Assembly: GCA_019748215.1 (NCBI GenBank)
Contig: JAIEPV010000026.1
Location: 4,732-68,731, forward strand
Source: Hyphomicrobium sp.
GTDB taxonomy: Bacteria > Pseudomonadota > Alphaproteobacteria > Rhizobiales > Hyphomicrobiaceae
Length of the DNA: 64,000 bases
Reading direction: 5' to 3'
The notes beneath the pieces are model-generated. The model did not search any database. It saw only the letters and a program-made list of their open reading frames with translations, and was not told where the DNA came from. Within the stretch, counting starts at the first letter, position 1. Each line of letters opens with the position of its first letter. Positions 18,792 to 25,536 of this stretch are shown one piece after another. The translations under genes and the position numbers were made by a program.

Positions 18792-18965
18792 CTAGCGTGC
18801 CGGATGCGAAAGCTCGGCGCGCACAGCCTGGATCGAGGCGTGGCAACAGTGCTGCTCGGCTTTGCTGAGTGTGACATTGGCCAGGTCGTTAAACAGGCGG
18901 TACAGCAGGCCGCGGAGTTCTCGGTTGGTGCTGGCGGCAGCGAATTCGCGAGAAATTTTGAGCAT
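18792..18965 (-). CDS. Small hypothetical protein (57 aa)
   Basis: GGAAGGA RBS before ATG at 18965; MLKISREFAAASTNRELRGLLYRLFNDLANVTLSKAEQHCCHASIQAVRAELSHPAR. Confidence 0.5.
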   Translation of the reverse strand: MLKISREFAAASTNRELRGLLYRLFNDLANVTLSKAEQHCCHASIQAVRAELSHPAR

Positions 18966-19494
18966 CGGATTGTCCTTCCGGTTGACGGAGGCTCCGACCT
19001 TCGAAGCCTTTCGCTCCGACCCAGAAGGCTTCAAGGGGGGACACCAGCTCACCGGACAAAACGGACAAGGCAAAAGTAACAGGCAGATTCCAACACTCAG
19101 CTGCAACGACCGGTTACTGCGCGATCGACCAGCCACGCTATAAAATTCCGGATGCCAAGCCGGTGAGCTCGCCCATTCGCAGCGGAGCATCGAATGATTT
19201 CACTGCAAGAGTTTGAAAACGCGCTGTCGAATCTCCCGCCCCCCGGCGCGCAATGACTGCGCGGATTGCGAGAACGCCTTGCGGCCCTGCTCACAACCGC
19301 CGAATTCGATAACGCCGGCGCCGTGGAGCATGCGCACCACATCGCGCTTGCGCTCGATCTGTTCATGGAGACTGGACTAAGGCCTTTGTATCTGTGGATC
19401 GACGACCGAGATCAATCGCGATTGCCGAGCGGCACCCAGCCATTCGACATCACTCTGGCAACAGCGCTTCACTGAGATTCCAGCGGCCTGTGGA

Positions 19495-20589
19495 TCAACT
19501 CGGTATGGGAAATGGCGCATCGTGACAAACGCGTGAACCTGGTGCTGCACCACGCGGACAAGGACTCGCCTTTCTGCACTCAGACTCAGCAACTTTGGTT
19601 GCCTCAAGGACTAATGCGGCGAGCTGCGGCTTGGCAGAAGCGTCTACGATACGCAACAGTTGTTCGGCACTGTAAGGACCCTTCGCTCCGAACATCGTTT
19701 CTAGAAGTTCAGTGCGTGCGCCCGGAGATAAGGTTTTTTGTTTGGCAAGGAGAGCAAGTGAAAAGATTGAGGAAGTGGCGTGTTTGTGGAGGAACATGTC
19801 TTCCGTCTCGGTCATGATCGCGCGGTCTGATATTCGTTCGGCTATCTGAACAGCTTTCGAACACTGGCTCCAGTCATCTCCTAGCCAGCTTTGCATTGAG
19901 GCTTTGAATCGATCTACTATTGATCCTGCTTCCCGATCAATAACCGCCGCAGCATCGCGAGCGGATGCTCCGATTGCAATATCTATGAGCTGGTCTCGCA
20001 TCTCCATTCGAAAATGCGCTGAGGCGGCAGCGCGTAAGTTATATGGCCCATGGTGAATTAGAAATTGGTACATGAGATGCTGGGCAAAGAACGCCGGAAT
20101 TTCAATGATATGTTCAGGAGCAGCGCTGTAGTTGAAGCCGGCTGCGTTGAAAAGATCGTCAGAGACCAGGTGCCCGAGTTCATGCGCCATGTAGATCGGG
20201 TCTTCGACAGTTTCACCGTACCGGTAGACAATGAACGCCTCGCTCAGTGAATCGGTACGAGGTAAGCAATATCCGCCAACCATGTCTTGAGGTGCACGGT
20301 TTAGCTGCCAACGAGTGCAATCGTGCGCCGCAGATCGGAGAGGCGTGGCCAACCAGTCGGGGAGATTGCCAAACGCCTCAGTTAAAATTGAACGACTTAA
20401 AAATTGCGAGACGGGCCTTCCCATGTGGGCCTCGCCTGGCGTCTCATAGGCCAGAAGCAGGCGCTTTGCCTCTTGCTTCAAAACGCCTGTCATGGTTTCG
20501 ATTATATGATCAGAATAGCGAAGCCCACCCTCGGACGATACCGGACTGTCGACAGTGTTCCATTCTAATCCTTCAGAGCCAAAACCCAC
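19495..20589 (-). CDS. M3 (oligoendopeptidase F-like) zinc metallopeptidase, N-terminally short
   Basis: IYMAHELGH zinc motif with downstream third ligand in HIIEIPAFFAQ (H-x22-E), preceded by GGYC...FIVYRY as in M3B; only 364 aa. Confidence 0.75.
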   Translation of the reverse strand: MGFGSEGLEWNTVDSPVSSEGGLRYSDHIIETMTGVLKQEAKRLLLAYETPGEAHMGRPVSQFLSRSILTEAFGNLPDWLATPLRSAAHDCTRWQLNRAPQDMVGGYCLPRTDSLSEAFIVYRYGETVEDPIYMAHELGHLVSDDLFNAAGFNYSAAPEHIIEIPAFFAQHLMYQFLIHHGPYNLRAAASAHFRMEMRDQLIDIAIGASARDAAAVIDREAGSIVDRFKASMQSWLGDDWSQCSKAVQIAERISDRAIMTETEDMFLHKHATSSIFSLALLAKQKTLSPGARTELLETMFGAKGPYSAEQLLRIVDASAKPQLAALVLEATKVAESECRKASPCPRGAAPGSRVCHDAPFPIPS

Positions 20590-20662
20590 TCAATATTATA
20601 GCACTACGGCAATAACCTTTACAAATTTCGTCATGAATAAGCTAGTGCAGATGGACCTATAA

Positions 20663-21673
20663 GTGCCTGCTACCGCAGGCGCCATCCCACTGCTCAATGA
20701 TCAAGAGATATGGATTGGGGCCCCAATGAATCAGATTGCTCGCATGGACGGTTTTAAGCCCACGTTGAAATCGAACGCGCATCTTTCGCTTTTGTGGCTG
20801 GAGATCACGCGAACTTGCAATTGGAACTGTCTGCATTGTTATTCAGAATCCGGCCCTCACGTTCCGCTTCGAGACCAAGTTTCCGATTATCGGTGGCTCG
20901 CGCTCGTCGCTGAAGCAGCAGAATTGGGTTGTAAGGCTGTGCAATTTATTGGCGGCGAGCCAACCGCACATCCCTTATTGCCAGATTTAATTCACAGAGC
21001 CCGGCGCGAGGGTATTGACGATATCGAGGTCTATACGAACGCCTCACGGCTTTCGACACCAGTGCTATCGGCCATGTCCAGTTGCGGTGCCAGTGCTAAG
21101 GTGTCGTTCTACTCAGCCAATGCAGACACGCACGACAGGATCGTTGCCAAAAGGGGCGCGTTTGATCGAGCGGTAAATGGCCTTCGGACACTCGTCGATC
21201 ACAAGATACCTCTAAGTTGCGGCATCGTTACGATGCCGGAAAACGAGCAAACAACAGACGAAACTATCGCCTTCCTTCGGACTTTGGGTGTCAACGACGT
21301 GAGTGTCGACCGCGTTCGCGGTGTCGGACGTGGCCTGAATGCTGTCCCAGTCGAAACAGATGTAGAAGCGTTGTGCGGGGCCTGTTGGCAAGGGAGGTTA
21401 TCAATTTCCTCCAATGGCACGGCAACACCATGCATCATGTCCCGCAGTTTTGCCGTTGGGAGCGTCCTGAAGAGTTCACTTCGGGAAATCCTTGGTAGCA
21501 ATGAACTTCATGCTTCTAGAGAGCAGATCCGCAATGCACATGAAACGACTTTGGGGGACTGTAATCCCAACTGTGGTCCCACCCGTTGCAACCCTGCAGT
21601 GAATTGCAACCCGCAAAACTGCAATCCAATGCAGAACTGTGGTCCGGCGAAATGCAATCCGGCCAACAAATAG
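20663..21673 (+). CDS. Radical SAM protein with SPASM/twitch-like domain and C-terminal 7x C-(N/G)-P tail (start may be ATG 20726)
   Basis: LWLEITRTCNWNCLHCY (CxxxCxxC), FIGGEPT, YTN; ALCGACWQGRLSISSNGTATPC auxiliary-cluster segment; tail DCNPNCGPTRCNPAVNCNPQNCNPMQNCGPAKCNPANK. Confidence 0.92.
   Translation: MPATAGAIPLLNDQEIWIGAPMNQIARMDGFKPTLKSNAHLSLLWLEITRTCNWNCLHCYSESGPHVPLRDQVSDYRWLALVAEAAELGCKAVQFIGGEPTAHPLLPDLIHRARREGIDDIEVYTNASRLSTPVLSAMSSCGASAKVSFYSANADTHDRIVAKRGAFDRAVNGLRTLVDHKIPLSCGIVTMPENEQTTDETIAFLRTLGVNDVSVDRVRGVGRGLNAVPVETDVEALCGACWQGRLSISSNGTATPCIMSRSFAVGSVLKSSLREILGSNELHASREQIRNAHETTLGDCNPNCGPTRCNPAVNCNPQNCNPMQNCGPAKCNPANK
21560..21661 (+). repeat. Coding tandem repeat: seven TGY-(AAY/GGT)-CCN units (5x CNP, 2x CGP)
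   Basis: Read directly from DNA; synonymous codons vary between units, so the repeat is conserved at protein level. Confidence 0.95.
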
Positions 21674-22200
21674 TCGTCACCCTTCAACCAGCACAGCAAA
21701 CACTTGTTGTGTCTCTAGCCGCCATCGAGGCCGAACTCAGCAGAGCGGCAAAATTCTGCCTTTCAAGGTACCCTTCTGCCCGCGTAGCTACCTGCAGGCC
21801 CATAGGTCGGGACGATGTTGAAGAGGTAACGCTCTTTCATGAGCTGTATCTTCCGCTCCTATCAAGCGAGATAGAGCATCGGCTTAATGGAACAAGCACC
21901 TATGTCAATTATGACTGGTCGCTATCGCTTGTACTGCGACACGAACGTGACCTAATGGCAATCTTGCTTGCCTATCCTGATGATGTTGCCAACACAGCAT
22001 TTGTGTATGGGCTAGCCGTTCACCACACGAGCCGCCGATCATGGCCCAGCATCCTGATGCGCTCCTATGCAGCACGCCATTTGATGATGCGCGGCTACGA
22101 ATTTGCAAGTTATCTGCCGCTTGACGAGAACAGGGACGCGACGCGGCTCGCAGAACGTGCATCGAGGACGATGAGGCAAAGAAATGCCGAGAGCCTTTAG
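21652..22200 (+). CDS. GNAT-family acetyltransferase-like protein (start uncertain)
   Basis: RPIGRDDVEEV, LVLRHERDLMAILL, AFVYGLAVHHTSRRS, GYEFASYLPLDENRDATRLAER follow GNAT beta4/motif A/motif B layout; ATG 21652 overlaps the rSAM tail. Confidence 0.6.
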   Translation: MQSGQQIVVTLQPAQQTLVVSLAAIEAELSRAAKFCLSRYPSARVATCRPIGRDDVEEVTLFHELYLPLLSSEIEHRLNGTSTYVNYDWSLSLVLRHERDLMAILLAYPDDVANTAFVYGLAVHHTSRRSWPSILMRSYAARHLMMRGYEFASYLPLDENRDATRLAERASRTMRQRNAESL

Positions 22201-22491
22201 TTCCAGGATGCGTAGCTTTGCGAGGGATGGCGAATAGCTGACTTGGACGAGTCCTTTGTTTCCTATGGGATCTCGCAATACATTCGCGGATAAGCACTGA
22301 ACCCGCCTAACTAGCGCAGCACCGCTTCGTGCAACGTCCGCATATGGTCGATCCTGGACTGGCCCGTTGCCTTCTCCCCGAAACCCGCTCGCGCACCGCA
22401 GCGTTGACCGCTACATCCTTCGGCGCATAATACAGACTGTGCGGAGATCAAAACCACTCTCGTTTTTGCAGCTTCGAGAGGGTATATTTCA

Positions 22492-22527
22492 GCATAACAT
22501 TTGATAGAACATTCGACATAACAACCG
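22492..22527 (+). repeat. 3 x 12-bp direct repeats, candidate integrase arm-type sites (left of att)
   Basis: GCATAACATTTG / ATAGAACATTCG / ACATAACAACCG in tandem, 74 bp from the att core. Confidence 0.55.
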
Positions 22528-22600
22528 CGGTCGCAACACATGTCGAGAAGCTAGAATTCAGTTATATTTTAACGGCTTAGAGAGACTCAATCACAATGCC

Positions 22601-22623
22601 TTCGAATCCTAGTCCCCCAGCCA
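22601..22623 (+). other. att site: duplicated tRNA 3' end (T-loop to CCA), most consistent with tRNA-Gln
   Basis: TTCGAAT T-loop, CCTAG T-stem 3' strand, TCCCCCA acceptor strand, G discriminator, CCA; upstream sequence does not form the rest of a tRNA. Confidence 0.8.
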
Positions 22624-22671
22624 CAAAAAAATATTGATATTTTCTAGTAAACTGCGATGGCACAGAAAACG

Positions 22672-22707
22672 GTTTCGACACTGTTTTAGACATCATTTTA
22701 GACACCA
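22672..22707 (+). repeat. 3 x 12-bp direct repeats, candidate integrase arm-type sites (right of att)
   Basis: GTTTCGACACTG / TTTTAGACATCA / TTTTAGACACCA in tandem, 48 bp from the att core. Confidence 0.65.
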
Positions 22708-22996
22708 TGGAAGTTGTATGAACGGTGGGCGAAAAACGTCGCTGCCATTATTTGCGAACAGAACAGCACCGGCGCCGAGGTGGCGCACCGCTCCATTGCG
22801 CATTGCAAACAACTTTCTAGCTTGACCCGTTGAAGCATTGCCCAGCTTCTCAATTCGGCGAGCCATACCTCAAGAGCGGCGATCGCAAAACAAATGCGCA
22901 AATGTGGATAAATTGGGCAGCGACGATAGACAAACTAAGCGATTTGACAAAGATGTCAGGACGACCAAAACTCTTTCCGCCTCCGTGGAGGATTCT

Positions 22997-24583
22997 TTGC
23001 GCATTAAAGAATTTCATTTGAAATCATTTCGCGGGTTCACCGATCTCCATGTAAAAGACATTCCGGATTCCGCAAAATTGATCATGTTGATCGGACCAAA
23101 CGGGACCGGCAAGTCCTCAATTTTTGATGCACTGATATCTTGGGCTGGCTCCAAGAGCGGAACTCTCAACTGGGATGACACTTTTCATTTCAAGCACGGT
23201 GAAAAAGAAACAAAAAGCTGGTCACACGCGATTGAAAATTTTGTTCTGCATGGCCCGACCAAGGCCGATGGGCGTAAAAACCTTGCTTACGTGCGGTCCG
23301 CACACCGCCATGAGGCCGAGTTCGGCCAAGGCAACTTGAGTTCTGTACCCAGCGCAACGGATCGCCGCTTTAACCGGACGATAGACAATGACGCTGCGAT
23401 CTCCGAAAACTATCGGCGATTAATAATGCAAGCCGTCTCCGACATCTTTAAAGAAGCCCATAGACCTAGTGTCCTGGTATCGGAATACGCAGATACAATA
23501 AAAAATACTGTCAACCGCTCGCTGGAAAAAGTTCTACCACACCTTAAGCTCGAATCACTTGGCAACCCCGAGAGCCAGAGCGGGAATTTTTTCTTCACGA
23601 AAGGCAAATCGAAAGGCTACCTGTTCAAAAACCTTTCGGGCGGCGAAAAAGCTGTATTCGATATAATTTTGGACCTCAGGCTAAAATCCAAGGCCTATGA
23701 CGACAGTCTAGTTTGCATTGACGAGCCAGAATGCCATATAAATCCAGCGGTTCACGGTGCGCTTCTCGAAGAGTTACTCGATCTTACGCCACCAAATAGT
23801 CAACTCATCATCGCCACACACGCGATCGGCATGCTTCGCAAAGCTCGTGATTTAGAATCTAAAAAGCCGGGCAGTGTCGCATTTTTGAACTTTGAACAAA
23901 ATTTTGATCAACCGGTCGTCCTTCTCCCTACGAAAATGGATCGCTCGCTTTGGGAGCGATCATTGGCGGTTGCATTGGATGACTTATCCGCGCTCGTGGC
24001 CCCGAAAAGAATTATAATTTGCGAGGGTGGGCCTTGCCGGAATACGGATGACGCTTTCGACAGCTACATATATGAGACGATTTTCCAAAGCACCGAACCT
24101 GACACAAAATTCTGGTCGGCTGGGTCAAAGGATGACGTCGTGCGGGCACGGAACCTATTAGCGGCGATAGCACCTTCCTCGATGCCAGGATTAGAAGTCG
24201 CTTCACTTGTGGATCGAGATGACCGCTCAGATGCCGAAGTTGCGGTCGAACGAGCGCAGGGGCGAAAAGTGCTGACTGTGCGAAATCTTGAGTGCTATCT
24301 ATTTTCTGACGAAATAATTGGGTTGCTTTGCAACAATAGCGGACAACCAGAATTGGCGACAGAATTAATGAGCACTCGACAAAAATTGCTTAACACGAGA
24401 TCGCGGCCCGATGACCTAAAGGCTATAAGCGGCCAGTTCTACGTCGTGATCAAAAATCAGCTAAAGCTTGAAAGGCCTGGCAACAATGCAAAGGCATTCA
24501 TGCGGGACACTTTGGCACCACTAATAACTCCCGAAACGAGGACGTATGCAAAAATTTATCAGGACGTATTTGGCACTGGATGA
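22997..24583 (+). CDS. OLD-family-like ABC ATPase with C-terminal TOPRIM nuclease domain
   Basis: TTG start after GGAGGA; LRIKEFHLKSFRGF, Walker A GPNGTGKS, LSGGEK signature, Walker B CIDEPECH, ATHA H-loop; TOPRIM IIICEGG...LVDRD...RNLECYL. Confidence 0.85.
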   Translation: MRIKEFHLKSFRGFTDLHVKDIPDSAKLIMLIGPNGTGKSSIFDALISWAGSKSGTLNWDDTFHFKHGEKETKSWSHAIENFVLHGPTKADGRKNLAYVRSAHRHEAEFGQGNLSSVPSATDRRFNRTIDNDAAISENYRRLIMQAVSDIFKEAHRPSVLVSEYADTIKNTVNRSLEKVLPHLKLESLGNPESQSGNFFFTKGKSKGYLFKNLSGGEKAVFDIILDLRLKSKAYDDSLVCIDEPECHINPAVHGALLEELLDLTPPNSQLIIATHAIGMLRKARDLESKKPGSVAFLNFEQNFDQPVVLLPTKMDRSLWERSLAVALDDLSALVAPKRIIICEGGPCRNTDDAFDSYIYETIFQSTEPDTKFWSAGSKDDVVRARNLLAAIAPSSMPGLEVASLVDRDDRSDAEVAVERAQGRKVLTVRNLECYLFSDEIIGLLCNNSGQPELATELMSTRQKLLNTRSRPDDLKAISGQFYVVIKNQLKLERPGNNAKAFMRDTLAPLITPETRTYAKIYQDVFGTG

Positions 24584-24845
24584 CCGCCCACATCAGAGAA
24601 TTGAATATGGTCATAATTTACTCACTAGCTATTGCCAATAACACAATACCGGCTGCGAATTGTTCGCGGTGTTAAAAATTTCTTGGTAAATGACATTTTT
24701 GAACTGTCGTCGTTAACCCGACACTTGCAGGGTCTTCGGCGACGCCGTACTCCGTACCCCCGGCGGGTCCCCTACCCCCTCCGTTTTTTCATCCCCCGCA
24801 CAGAGCCGCGCCGCGTTGCTGGCAGGCGTTTGCGGTCGACATGAA

Positions 24846-25078
24846 AGAATTCGTCCGACGAATTCGCGTCGGCCTCCCTCGCGATATGACACGCGAGGAA
24901 TGGGCGAGCGATTTGTTGCTGGCTTCCTAAGCGGACGGGCAGACCCAAATTCGCCCGACGAGTTGGTACCTACGTCCTCCCGCGCAGTTAGATGTGGGAA
25001 TTACTGTAGTTGTTTTGTGCTCACGTCCCTCCCGTGGTGACATCGCAGAATTTATCCGACTAGTTCGTGTCGGCATCC
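24846..25078. repeat. Three degenerate palindromic boxes at about 100-bp spacing
   Basis: AGAATTCGTCCGACGAATTCG (24846), CAAATTCGCCCGACGAGTTGG (24946), AGAATTTATCCGACTAGTTCG (25047); copies 1 and 3 match 26/32 nt. Confidence 0.7.
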
Positions 25079-25242
25079 TAAGCGCACATACGCTCGAGAA
25101 TGTCATCTCATGATCGCTTCAAGCATTTTGGTGATCGTGGCGGCGGATCGGATAGCAGCACTTGATCCCAAGCAGACTTCATCAAAGTCCGATCTCGTGG
25201 CGCAGTCTTTGGTTTGGCTAGTTCGGCATCGTCGCTCAGATC

Positions 25243-25292
25243 TTTATGCCCTCCTTATACGCCGACCCTAAAATCCATATCGAAAACTTATG
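25243..25292 (+). promoter_or_regulatory. Candidate KdpE-binding direct repeats
   Basis: TTTATG (25243), CTTATA (25254), CTTATG (25287) in 11-bp phase upstream of the kdp operon, like the TTTATA/TTTACA half-sites of E. coli kdpF. Confidence 0.45.
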
Positions 25293-25336
25293 CAGGCAAC
25301 ATCAGAATTGCCCTGTCGATGGGACAGGAGTTCACC

Positions 25337-25420
25337 ATGCTCGATCTGCTCTTTCTCGCCTTGGGGCTCGGCGGCTTCGCCTTAATGGCGGTGTATGCCC
25401 GCCTCTGCGACCGGTTGTGA
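25337..25420 (+). CDS. 27-aa membrane peptide upstream of kdpF
   Basis: CAGGAG RBS; MLDLLFLALGLGGFALMAVYARLCDRL; stop overlaps the next ATG. Confidence 0.7.
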   Translation: MLDLLFLALGLGGFALMAVYARLCDRL

Positions 25421-25428
25421 TGGCTGCC

Positions 25429-25515
25429 ATGTCTGATGCACTTATTGCACTCGCAGTCGCCGTAGCGCTGGCCGCATACCTGATCTACGCGCTCATTAAT
25501 CCAGAAAGATTCTGA
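25429..25515 (+). CDS. kdpF: K+-transporting ATPase subunit F
   Basis: MSDALIALAVAVALAAYLIYALINPERF, hallmark YL.YAL..PERF end. Confidence 0.9.
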   Translation: MSDALIALAVAVALAAYLIYALINPERF

Positions 25516-25536
25516 CCCGGCTTTGGAGGGCCGCAC

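Larger units (their letters stand above)
1..22623. mobile_element. Right-hand part of a tRNA-integrated mobilisable/conjugative element (IME/ICE); left end and integrase lie outside the window
   Basis: Contains T4CP, MobC, relaxase, resolvase, defence genes and hypotheticals; terminates at a duplicated tRNA 3' end (22601-22623) with arm-like repeats just inside it. Confidence 0.75.

Noticed and set aside
19266-19475. 69-aa ORF next to the M3 peptidase as the missing RiPP precursor
   Set aside because: TTG start without RBS, no Cys and no repeat or leader-like features; could be a gene fragment, not supported as precursor
22311-22470. Possible transposase or integrase remnant just inside the att
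   Set aside because: Manual translation of all minus frames gave only a weak SLYYAP similarity and no catalytic motifs
22540-22623. Intact tRNA gene
   Set aside because: Only the T-loop-to-CCA 23 nt are present; upstream bases (ATGCC instead of CTAGG, no D or anticodon arms) cannot form a cloverleaf, so it is called an att remnant
24740-24820. GC-skewed tract (GTACCCCCGGCGGGTCCCCTACCCCCTCCG) reminiscent of phage packaging-site regions
   Set aside because: No terminase, HNH or other phage gene nearby; resemblance is impressionistic
24846-25078. CRISPR array
   Set aside because: Only three degenerate copies, spacers of about 70-80 bp, no cas genes in the window
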